Shown here: piece after piece, positions 50,739 through 62,720 of the stretch | How positions within the stretch are numbered: position 1 is the first letter of the stretch | Layout: the number at the start of each line of letters is the position of its first letter | The notes under the pieces: generated by a model | The model's input: only the letters and a program-made list of their open reading frames with translations | The model's database searches: none | Told to the model about the DNA's origin: nothing | Position numbers and translations under genes: made by a program | From: Nemertoderma westbladi | Lineage: Eukaryota; Animalia; Xenacoelomorpha | Reading direction: 5' to 3' | NCBI GenBank assembly: GCA_032718475.1 | Contig: JAUCBJ010000002.1 | Location: forward strand, 27,096-91,095 | DNA: 64,000 nucleotides

Positions 50739-53700
50739 TTAAGGTGCCCCTTCTAGGAGACAGCATTTCCCTACAGCTCTCCTGTAGGTTTTTCTGTCCT
50801 TCGCACCTATCTTACCACCTATCCGCACTTCTACCGATCGGACTCTTCCGTCCTCGTCGGAGTAAGTGCCTACAATTCTCGCCAACCGCCATTGGTTGTT
50901 GATGATAGTATCATCCGTAACGATTACGAGATCTCCCTCTTTCAACTCTCTATTCGGCTTCCTCCATTTGCTTCTTTTATGGAGTGTGGGTAGGTATTCT
51001 TCTACCCACCTCCTCCAATACTCTGCGCTAATTGCTTTAGCGACTTTCCAACTCTGGCGGGAGTGTATATCATCTGGGTCTACACCCCGCATATCGATGG
51101 TCGCTGGCCTTTCCATCAGAAAATGGCTAGGCGTCAGCACGTCTAGTGACTCAGGGTCATCATTCTCCGGATATAGCGGTCTGCTATTAATGATCCCCTC
51201 GCACTTCGCAAGCACTGTCCGTAAGACGTCCTCAGTGACCATGTGGGTGTTCATTAGCTTCGTCATTAGACGCTTTGAACTGCCCACCAGTCTCTCGACG
51301 CATCCTAGTGTATGTGGTGCATACGGCGTCCTCCTTTCCCACTTCACTTGTCGTCGTCTCATGGCCGCCCTGACTTCCTCCCCTTCCAGGATGTCCAAAG
51401 CCTCTGCCATCTCATTCTCTGCGCCTACAAAGTTGGTGCCATTGTCGCTGTATATCACTGCGATCGTCCCACCTTTGCGGTCCCTAAACCTTTCCAAGGC
51501 ATTAATGAATGCTGATGCGGTTGCATCTTGGGCGAGTTCTATCCCTACTGCCCGCGTGTTGTTACATACGAAGATAATGCCGTAGCGTTTCTCCGTGTGC
51601 CGCATCACTTTGATCTTTATCGGCCCGAACATGTCCACACCGCAATGCGTAAATGGCGGGTCGTGCTGTCTTACCCTACTCGCCGGTAGTGGCGCCATCT
51701 CCTGTACGGCTCGCTCCTTCTTCGCTCGTCGGCAGGTCTGGCACTGCCCCACTACCGCTTTAACCTTCTTCCTTAATTGTTTGACCCAATAGGTCCTCCT
51801 TATCTCTGTGAGGGTTCGGTTGGTGCCCCCATGCAATATCGATTTGTGGGAGTCCCATATAATCTGGTGGACTATTGGCGATCCTGTAGGAATGATGATG
51901 GGTTTCGGTGGTACGATTATGCTGTTGTTGTATCCCACCCTAGAATTCATTACTAGAATCCCGTCGTCATTGAGTTGTGGCGACAGCGTAATCAGCTCGC
52001 TGTCCCGTCGGAGGTGCTGATGGTTACCGACGCGTTCCACCTCGTCGCCGTAGTTCTTCCGTTGTTCATAGCGGATCACTGCCTTGGCCGCTCCTTCCAG
52101 ATCTATGGCTGTCCTGATCTTCTTGTCCTTGCCAACTCCCGCAAGGAATTTCCCGAAGGCTCTCCAGTACGCCACTAGTTTCTTGGTCTTATACCAACTA
52201 GAACTGTAGCTGAGGAGTTTATCCGTTGGGTTATCGCACAGTTCCCTTCCTGGTTGCACGTCCCTAATCTCCCTCACCATCTGGGAGTATATCTCTTCTC
52301 CCTCTGAATCTCCCTCTTCTCCTTCTGATACTACTTCCGAGCCCGGGTCCACCTTCCTCATCGGCGGCCAGGCCTCCCTATCGCTCAGAAATTGTGGCCC
52401 ATGTTGCCACAATACTTCCTTCTTCAGGAAAGTGTGGCGTTCCACGCCCCTCGACAGCAAGTCCGCTGGGTTCTCGTCTGTTGGGCAGTAGTGCCACCTT
52501 TCCAGTTCTGTGCTCGCCCTTATTTCGTCCACTCTATTCGCGACGAATATCGGGTATCTCGTCCTTTCGTTGTGTAGCCAACCAAGCACTACCATGGAGT
52601 CCGTCCAGTAGTGTGTCTCCACTATGTTGGGAATAGTATCCACTAGGTAGGCTGTGGCTCTTACTCCTAGTCTCGCAGCTGTCAATTCTAACTTGGGAAC
52701 GACTTTCCAACTCTGGCGGGAGTGTATATCATCTGGGTCTACACCCCGCATATCGATGGTCGCTGGCCTTTCCATCAGAAAATGGCTAGGCGTCAGCACG
52801 TCTAGTGACTCAGGGTCATCATTCTCCGGATATAGCGGTCTGCTATTAATGATCCCCTCGCACTTCGCAAGCACTGTCCGTAAGACGTCCTCAGTGACCA
52901 TGTGGGTGTTCATTAGCTTCGTCATTAGACGCTTTGAACTGCCCACCAGTCTCTCGACGCATCCTAGTGTATGTGGTGCATACGGCGTCCTCCTTTCCCA
53001 CTTCACTTGTCGTCGTCTCATGGCCGCCCTGACTTCCTCCCCTTCCAGGATGTCCAAAGCCTCTGCCATCTCATTCTCTGCGCCTACAAAGTTGGTGCCA
53101 TTGTCGCTGTATATCACTGCGATCGTCCCACCTTTGCGGTCCCTAAACCTTTCCAAGGCATTAATGAATGCTGATGCGGTTGCATCTTGGGCGAGTTCTA
53201 TCCCTACTGCCCGCGTGTTGTTACATACGAAGATAATGCCGTAGCGTTTCTCCGTGTGCCGCATCACTTTGATCTTTATCGGCCCGAACATGTCCACACC
53301 GCAATGCGTAAATGGCGGGTCGTGCTGTCTTACCCTACTCGCCGGTAGTGGCGCCATCTCCTGTACGGCTCGCTCCTTCTTCGCTCGTCGGCAGGTCTGG
53401 CACTGCCCCACTACCGCTTTAACCTTCTTCCTTAATTGTTTGACCCAATAGGTCCTCCTTATCTCTGTGAGGGTTCGGTTGGTGCCCCCATGCAATATCG
53501 ATTTGTGGGAGTCCCATATAATCTGGTGGACTATTGGCGATCCTGTAGGAATGATGATGGGTTTCGGTGGTACGATTATGCTGTTGTTGTATCCCACCCT
53601 AGAATTCATTACTAGAATCCCGTCGTCATTGAGTTGTGGCGACAGCGTAATCAGCTCGCTGTCCCGTCGGAGGTGCTGATGGTTACCGACGCGTTCCACC

Positions 53701-56700
53701 TCGTCGCCGTAGTTCTTCCGTTGTTCATAGCGGATCACTGCCTTGGCCGCTCCTTCCAGATCTATGGCTGTCCTGATCTTCTTGTCCTTGCCAACTCCCG
53801 CAAGGAATTTCCCGAAGGCTCTCCAGTACGCCACTAGTTTCTTGGTCTTATACCAACTAGAACTGTAGCTGAGGAGTTTATCCGTTGGGTTATCGCACAG
53901 TTCCCTTCCTGGTTGCACGTCCCTAATCTCCCTCACCATCTGGGAGTATATCTCTTCTCCCTCTGAATCTCCCTCTTCTCCTTCTGATACTACTTCCGAG
54001 CCCGGGTCCACCTTCCTCATCGGCGGCCAGGCCTCCCTATCGCTCAGAAATTGTGGCCCATGTTGCCACAATACTTCCTTCTTCAGGAAAGTGTGGCGTT
54101 CCACGCCCCTCGACAGCAAGTCCGCTGGGTTCTCGTCTGTTGGGCAGTAGTGCCACCTTTCCAGTTCTGTGCTCGCCCTTATTTCGTCCACTCTATTCGC
54201 GACGAATATCGGGTATCTCGTCCTTTCGTTGTGTAGCCAACCAAGCACTACCATGGAGTCCGTCCAGTAGTGTGTCTCCACTATGTTGGGAATAGTATCC
54301 ACTAGGTAGGCTGTGGCTCTTACTCCTAGTCTCGCAGCTGTCAATTCTAACTTGGGAACTGATGCTGAATCTGGCGGCGTTGACTTTGCTTTGCTAAAGG
54401 CTAGCCTTGGCCTATGAGCCCCCTCTCGTTGTACTAAGTAGAGTGCCGCTCCGTACGCTTCCAACGACGCGTCGGAGAACATGTGTAGGTCCAGATTCGT
54501 CATGTTCCCATCCGGGAAATACACCCTTGGCATGTTGTATGTTCCCATCTTCTCCAAGTTTCCTGTCCATTTGCTCCACTGTTTCTTGATTTCCTCTGGT
54601 ACCTCTACGTCCCATTCATCTTTCAATTTGTATACTCTCTTGAGTATCTGTTTCCCCGTGACTAATAATGGGGATGCTAGGCCTAGGGGATCGTATATCC
54701 TTGCTATATACGATACATAGCCCCTCTTCGTGTGGATGTCTGCGCCCTCCTGGCTCAGCTGATACTTCAGTTCGTCTGTCTTCTCTATCCCACACGATTC
54801 CCAATGCCTTCTGCTGGGATTCCGTTCTCTTAATCGCCATGTCCTGCCCTTTGGCTGTTGTGGGATTATCCATGGTCGATTCTGGTTTCCTGTCCTCTAT
54901 GGCTTTTATAAATTCTTCCGAACTGGATTGGAATTTGGTCAGGTTAAAGCCGGATCCCTTTAGGATGTCGCGAACCTCGCGCCCTGTATCCAGTATCTCC
55001 TTAACCGTATTTCCAGACTCCATTCCGTCGTCTACGTAGAAGCCGCGTCGAATCATATCGACGGCCCTACTGCTGTATCTATCTTCCTTCCCCTTTACTG
55101 TGTCTCTCACTGCCATAGTCGTCGTAAATGAAGACGACTTGGCACCCATGTTCTGTACTATCATCTTATATGCTGGTATTATCGGCGGTTCTTCTTCGCC
55201 GTTATACCATAAGAAGCGTTGACTGTCGCTATCTTCTTCCGTTACACGGACTTGGTTGAACATGCCTTCTATGTCACACGTGAAGGCGTGTTTCCCATTT
55301 CGAAATCTAAGTAACACCTCTATGCCCGAATTGTATATGTTTGGGCCTTCTAACAGATAGTCGTTTAAGCATTTTCCGTTGGTCTTTGCCGATGCGTCAA
55401 CCACCATCCGCAGTTTACCTTTCTTTGGGTCTAAAGCCACGTGGAGTGGCAGGTAATATGTCCTGTCCGTGTTCGGTTCGTCGACCGGTAACTCCACGGC
55501 CCATCCTTTCTCGACGTACTTCTTGATCGTTCTGTGGATGTACTCATTCTTCTCGGGGCTCCGTTTTAGTGTTTGTTTCAGCTTGCGGAGTCTCGTGAGT
55601 ACCATCCCTCTGTTATCGGGCAGCGGTATTTTCGGTAGTTTCCATACCATTCCTATAGTGTACCGCCCCTCGTCGCACTTCATCGATTCTTCCACGCTCT
55701 GTAAAGCCTGTTTGTCTTCTACCGAGGTCCCGACCCCGGTTTCTTTTAGTCCCTCGAAATCTTGTCTGAGCAGTCTTTTAAGCTGCTCCTCTGCTCCCTC
55801 GTCACCCATTTCCTGCATTGTTCCCGCGAACATGCATCCTGATGTCTCCGACATCCTAAATGGTATCTTGCTCTTGATTGGGCCACTCAGTGTCCACCCG
55901 AATGGTGTCAATATCGCCACTGGGTCACACTCCCTGTCTTCGCCGAAGACCGTTTGCATTCTCTCGTGGGCCGTCGGGCAGTCCATTCCTACTATGATGG
56001 ATACCTTCCTGACGTCCACCTCCGGGATTGAGAAGTCAATACTGTCCAGGAATTTATATTGCTCGACCTCGATGTTGGTTGGTCGCCTGGCATTGATATT
56101 AATTGACTCTATCACTTGGATGGGGTCGATGGTTGCCCCGTAGTCACATCCCGGTGCCACTGCTGCTATCGCGCACCGTCCGGTCCTCATCTCTAGGACT
56201 TCGTCTTTGCTCGAGATGGTTGTTACTGCCATTCTACTTGGCCTCGTCCTCAATCCTATTTCTTCGGCCACCCAATCCTCGACTAACGTGAAGGCAGCTC
56301 CGCTATCAACCAGCATCAGAGTGGTTACTGATCGATTGCCTTCCCCAATCACTCGCACCGGTACTACCCCAAGTAGCACCGTTCCTCTCTTCTTCGCCCC
56401 TACCGTGCTCGTTGCCATCGTTTGGCCTTTGTCTCGACGGAACTTAACCGGCGTCTCCTTGCATTGCCTCGCTCGATGTCCACTCATCACACATCGCGAG
56501 CAGATGTCATTTCTGTCCGCGTATTCTACCTGATCTTCCCTGGGTAACGCTTGCCAGTAGCTGCAATTCATGGTTAGATGCCTTGCATTTGTATGTAGCT
56601 GGCATTTGCTCTTTGGGTCGTAGCCGTCCTTGTACAGCGCATCGCGTATCGCAACTGCATTTGTACTAAAGTCCCTACTGTTTTTATAGCTTGGGTTCGG

Positions 56701-59700
56701 CCTACTGGATGTATTAGGGTTATGTTCATTCGTGTTGTTATTTTTCCCCTGTCCGGTCTTACCCTCGGCTACTTGTGGACTCGCAGTCCCCTGCGTTGCT
56801 GCATATGGCAGTGATTGCCTGAGCTTTGGTAATGCGTTCGACGTGTTGTGCTCTGGTTTCGGTCGATTGTAATCCGTCTTTGGTCCCTTTCCCAGGCTAT
56901 CTTCGCTATAGACTGGGTCGGTTATTAGTTCAGCTTCGTAGCTTAAGAAGCTGGACATTTCTTCTAGACCCGGTTCCGCACCCTTTCTGTCTCTAGTGGA
57001 GAAAGCGACTTTTCTCCACTTATTGCGCAGCCACATCGGTAGTGCCTGCGCTATCGTGGTGATGTTGTTGGACGCGTTGAGCTCGTATGGTGCGTCTAGC
57101 GTCTTTAGCACGATCAGCGCCTTTTCGACTTTGTTAGCAAACGTCTTAATGCTAACGGGATTATCCTGTAGGCCACCCGTTGTTATGCCTCTCAGGGTTT
57201 GCCTGATGATCTTAGCTGGGTGCCCGTATTCCCTATCCAGTGCCCGCCATGCCGTCGTGAAGCCGCCTTCTATACCCTGGTATTGCCTCACGATGTCGTA
57301 TGCTGGGCCTCCTGTGTATACTTGCAGATACTTCAGGCACTCCGCCTGCGTTAAGTTTTTTGTTAGTATCTCGTTACTATACATGCGCCGAAACTGTAGA
57401 TATTCTTCCGGCCTACTCCCATCGAATTTGAATGGTTCCACGGGTGGTAACTCGATCCTGGTTTTTAACGCATCGATCAACGTGGCCATCCCCACCGCCT
57501 GCGCCTCCAATGGGTTCGATGGATGCTGCATAGTTTCCCTTGTTTGGTGCGGTCCATCCGTTCTATTCCCTGTTTTTCTCTGACTTGGGTATATCATTGG
57601 GGGTAGCGGCCCCCTCCATATTTCTGTGTCGCATGACTTATTTTCATCCAAGGGGTTCGTTGTTCTCGCTCCTATTGGGGTATATTGTTGATATTGCGAT
57701 GGGGGAATGTCACCCTGTCCCCCCCCCCACCGGTATGCTTGGTACTGGGGTTGATGTTAATATATTGGGGCCCATGCATCTATCCGCAATAATTCCCCCC
57801 TCCCCTGGGTATATGTTATATCCTTTGGTGCTGTAGTCATACTGCTGCACTGGTACCGGTATAGGCCTATCAGCTTCTGGCCTACCTACCGGAATGTATT
57901 CCGCGACTTCCGGGTTTAATCCCGTTGTCCGCACTATTCTATCGCCTACATTGCTTCTGTCAGCATGGCCTATGGTATGTGCAGTAAGGCCTACAGTATG
58001 TCCTACAGTCTGTACGTATTGCTCGGGATCGAAGTTTATTCTTCTCGAATTATCCTCCCCGCGGCTACCGTATTCTCGATCGGCAGGTATATCCCGTCGG
58101 AAGGTTTCTCTTCGACCCCCTCTACTGCTCTCATCCTCGTGCCGGTACATCATGTACCCCTCTCTCGACGCATAGTGCGTCTCGTCGGGTCGCGTCTCTC
58201 CGGGACGACGGCAATCTCCCGTAGTTCGACCCCACCGGCTCTCTTCTTCCACCTCAACTACCGACGGTTCGCTATCCGTCCTCGTTCTTCTATCGTTCGC
58301 GGCGATACTTCTCCTACCGTCTTCTCTTCTTCTTCTTTCAGTGTAGTATTCCCGCTCGTGAGATCTCTCGTCGATCTCCCGGTTAAACTCCACCGTTCTT
58401 CTTCTCTCCTCTGATCGGGCTCGACACTCCGTCCGCCCTCTCGCGACGTCAACCTGCCTCTCTCCGCTCGATCGCACGCCGCTGGGGATACTCGCAATCC
58501 CCCTATTACTCTCCGTCGCCGGGTGTTGCGGTTTACCTGTTTCGGCCCTCGCATTATCCGCCGGCGCCTGTGGGGCACTCTCTGCCCCCCCTCTCTCGTC
58601 ACTAACTTCTCGCGGTGGGGTGCTCATAGCCCCCCCCCACCCGCCACTTCTAACTTCGCTACCTCTTACTATACTTCTATATCCCTCTTGTGGGGCATTC
58701 TCCGCCCCCCCCCCTCTCGCCGCTAATCTTATGTGGTGGGGCGCTCATAGCCCCCCCCCCACTCGCCACATTTAACCTCACTCACACCTCTATACCCCTC
58801 TCTAGTCGACACAATGTTTGTATTGCGGCTGGGTCCACTTACCCCCGCCTCTCTCTCTACTACTACCTGGCCTACCAGGCCTACTTCGGGTTGGCTCAAC
58901 CCCGCCGCTTCCGGCCTACTATTTACGAGGCCTACCAGGCCTACCTCGGGTTGGCTCAACCCCGCCGCTTCCGGCCTACTGACTACGTGGCCTACCAGGC
59001 CCTCACCCGCCGGGCTATGTACGTCCGACGCGTTTACATTAACAACACCACTGTGATTATCCTCTAGTTCACCCAAATTATCCTGTGCACCAAAGTTAGA
59101 AACGTTATCTTGCGTTATAACATTATTTGGATTATTTTGTAAATTCGAATTTGGGTTATTATTTAAATTACTTGGGTTACTTTGTATAACTACATTATTA
59201 GAATTATTTTGCACGTTAATATTAGAATCGTTCTGATTTAAAATAAAATTATTACTATTAGGTAATGTATTTCCTGCAATAAATATTTGGTTAGGGTCGT
59301 TCAATACAGTATTATTAATATTAACGTCATCTACCGTAATATTATTATTACCCCCCCCCGCCCGTAAGGTCACACCAATTTCGTGTCTGTCGTGCGGTCC
59401 CTCTCACTGGGGTATTAATAAACGCATCTACTGTCCCCGGCCCCTCGAGAATATTCGAGCCAGCCTCGCTCTCAGACGCCCCCATCTGCGCCAGTTCCAG
59501 TTCGCGCATGTGTCTAGCTTTGTACTCTACAAGCCCACTTCGCTGTTTCTTTAATTTCCTTCGCTCATGCTCCCTTCTGGCCATTCTCACCTCACACTCC
59601 CGCGCGTCCTGTTTGGCCAACTCTACCACTCTCCTAGCTTCCTCCCTTCGCCTTGCCTCACGCTCCTTGCGTTCCTTCTCCCCCTTTGCCTCACGCTCCT

Positions 59701-60820
59701 TACGTTCCTCTTCTTCTATTTCCTCATACTCCCTAAGGCTCCTTGCGGCCCTTTCGGCCCTCTCTCTTATCTCTCTAATCAACACCATTTCCCCCTCTAG
59801 CAGCACTCTCTCCTCCTCTAATCGTCTATCTACTTCTTGTTGACCTTGCACTGCTAGATTGAGATGGTACCTAGCGTCTATCTCTCTCACCCGTCTTTCT
59901 TTCGCGGAGGATGTAGCAGACTTGTCGGTTGTGACGGATTCCCTCCGCCTTCCCGATCTACTAACTTTCCCCCTCCTCCCGGAACTCCCTCCGACCGACG
60001 AGACCGAATCCGCGGGGTCAACCTCGGATTCGCCCTCCTCAGGTCTGTTCCAACCCACTAATTTTATACCCCGGGCATCGATTAAATATGGCCCTATGTA
60101 CACTACACTAGGTTGTATACCCCCATGCCGCCATGAGTCATACAGTTCCTCGGCAACCCTTGTCGCTCTCTCCTCGGCCAATTCTCTCTGCCCGAAATGC
60201 ATTAGATAGTATAAATGTCTGTCCGACTTACCTAGTCCTGACTTCAGTTTTACCTCGTCTATCGTTTTCCCCTTTCTGGCCTCCTCTAGTAGTCTCCGGG
60301 TCGCGTTGTAGGCCCGTCGAAGTTGCTCAGAAACCCCGACGTCCTCGTCGCCGACCTCTCCTCCGTCTCTTCGGGTTCGACGTCGTACCGGCGGCCCCAC
60401 CGTCGCCGTTCCGGTGGGCCGTCCGTCGCCCTCGGCCTGTGGCTGGCCCGCGACATCGGTGTCGACATCCCCGTCGTCTCTCCGGGTCCGGCTTCGTACC
60501 GGCGGCCCCACCGTTGCCGTTCCGGTGGGCCGTCCGTCGCCCTCGGCCTGTGGCTGGCCCGCGACGTCGGCACGTCGACCCTCGTTCCGTGTCGACTCCT
60601 CTCTTTCTCCCTCGACCTCGTTCTCTCTATCCTCCGACTCGAGTCCCTCTCCTCTCAACTCGTATTCTGATCCCAGACGGTCCCCCTCATCTTGGACTTC
60701 CGGGTCACCCGTTACCGATGGCTCCGGCGTCGTGGGCCTATACCGCCTGGTCGCGGCCTCGCGGATCGTTTGCTCTTCGTCCGGGGTCCGCGTCGGTGTC
60801 GATTCACCTGACTTACTCAT
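50739..60820 (-). pseudogene. BEL-2 gag-pol, split by frameshifts, with duplicated RNaseH-end/integrase
   Basis: ORFs 59348-60820, 58729-59373, 57710-58627, 54616-57651 and 50739-54626. Most breaks lie at or near long G/C homopolymers; one is at ~54780. Confidence 0.9.
51042..54359 (-). repeat. In-frame tandem duplication of 1659 bp (553 aa) in BEL-2 pol
   Basis: 51042-52700 matches 52701-54359. Junction reads SRQSWKV|VPKLELTAAR. Confidence 0.95.
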
Positions 60821-60896
60821 CTCTCTTCTGCAGATTGGTGACTGGTGGTTTAGCTAGTTTTACAGTTTGACTAGGGCGGCAGCTCGATTCAGTTAC

Positions 60897-61437
60897 TGTG
60901 ACGGGATCCAGGAAGGATCCCGATTTATCCGTTTGTCAGTTCACGCGTCCCCGCTGTGTGTGAAAGATAAAGAGTTTCTGTTGTTCGTTGTATTGCAATG
61001 TCCGAGGTATATACAATATAGATATAGATGATGATGACTGGTAATATTGTTGTACACGGAAGGCGGGAGACGGTAACTGAAATCCCGGTACTTCCCTAGC
61101 TAAACTATTCTTACAGTAGCACCAATAACACTGAGATAACTGAGGTAATATGATTACTGGTTACTGGTTATATTGCACGGTGGCCTTATTGCTCTACTCA
61201 ATCGATGCCTTGCCCCCCTCTGATTGGTTGATACCCTTGTTGGCGCCCTTTGGAGTGTCCCGTTCACTCCACCTGTTCTCTCTTGGTTAGGGGTTTGGCC
61301 CCTGACCCTTATTGTGTGGTTCACCTTCCCATTTTGTTGGGGTGGCGCGAGTTGGTTGATTGCCCAATCTCGAGGCCCCCAATATTGCTTATCGGCTTAA
61401 CTTTTATGGGGTGTTAGCGGGATTGGATAAGCTAACA
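60897..61437 (-). repeat. BEL-2 5' LTR (541 bp)
   Basis: Direct repeat of 48279-48818. Confidence 0.95.
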
Positions 61438-62720
61438 GCAAGAGTCCTTTTCTCTTTGGGGCGAGCCACTTTACTAGAAAGGCTATAACTCCTGGGTAAA
61501 GGGTGCAATACAATTGCATTAGAAGGTTTGGTTTTACGGTCGGAGTCTCGTCCATTTCGATATGCTTCTCCTCGAGCTGATTTTCCTCCGCTTGTCATGG
61601 GATACGTTTGTCCAAAACTCTCGCAGAGAATAGGGTTTTCTAAGCTTGATATCTTCTTAGAGATTCGAGATTTCCCAATCGAACTGAGATAAGGCCAATT
61701 CGTTTATCGATTGGACTTACTGTTATAACTTACGTTTATCTGAACAAACGCAGGTTTCCTTTTTGATCTTTATAGAATAGCGTTTAACTCGTTTCGTACA
61801 ACGCTCTCCTTCACCTTGATGAAGGGTTGTATTGCGTTAAACGGGAACGACCATACGGTTGGATAGTGATATTAGGTGTCCGCGTCACAATCCGGCTAGG
61901 TAAGATGGGCGGCTAGCTAGAAATCACTGTCGGAGTGTTACCGATTAATTGTTAGGGTAGCACTAGATCTTTGAACAGTGAATACAGTCCGCGAGGATCC
62001 GCGACACCACCAGGATCGCAGGTCTGAGGTCCAACTAAGGAATGAGGAGGTTTGACCGAGTATTCCGGGACTCTGATCGTAGGTTTACTCCAGGATCGTT
62101 CGAGCCGAGTGAGCATAAGTGATATGTCAAACAAGTTTCGCTCGAAACTCCAGTAAATATAACGAGCACAACTGTGTTTAACACAACGTTTCCGTGGATG
62201 TTTATGTCTTTCCGTTTATTGGCTGGGTCTAGGGCATTTATCGTAATAATACCAAAGACGCACGTCTGGTAGGGGAAACGCGGATGATATTTATTTGTTG
62301 TTACAATGCTTCTATCAAGAATTCCAAATATATGTTGGAGTTACCGCGTTTATTTGTTTCTTTAATGTCTTTTCTTTCGAGTCGATTTCGAATAGGATTT
62401 TCGCATTAGAATTTTGGTTTATCGTTTCGACTCCTCTGGGTAGGATATGTTTGACATAGTCCGTATCGTGTAAATCGATAGAATGGCCAATAGTTAAGAA
62501 GTCCATATACATACCATTACAATGCGTGTAGCGAGCGGTGAATTTTCCATAGTCCAATTCACGCGTAAGTTACTTCCAGGAAATCGTAGGTTCGATATAA
62601 CGACCATCATCCTTCGTAGTAGTTGGACTAGCATCACCGCGTATCAAGCTATCAACAAACGCTTGAAAGTAGAGTATATCGCTCCCTGATACCAAGACCA
62701 TCTTCTATCAACTCCGTCAT
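61438..62720 (-). other. Unidentified decayed coding-like sequence flanking BEL-2
   Basis: More GC-balanced than the host background. Long, interrupted minus-strand frames (62315-62557, 61952-62134) with no recognisable motif. Confidence 0.3.

Larger units (their letters stand above)
48279..61437 (-). mobile_element. BEL/Pao LTR retrotransposon BEL-2 (13.2 kb)
   Basis: LTRs at 48279-48818 and 60897-61437 (TG...CA); PPT; gag-PR(LVDSGA)-RT(YVDD)-RH(FSDAS)-IN. Flanks TTTAG and GCAAG do not form a TSD. Confidence 0.95.

Noticed and set aside
57710-59373. Programmed frameshifting in BEL-2 gag
   Set aside because: The breaks fall at or near long G homopolymers, more simply explained by slippage or sequencing error. 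BEL gag-pol is normally one ORF.
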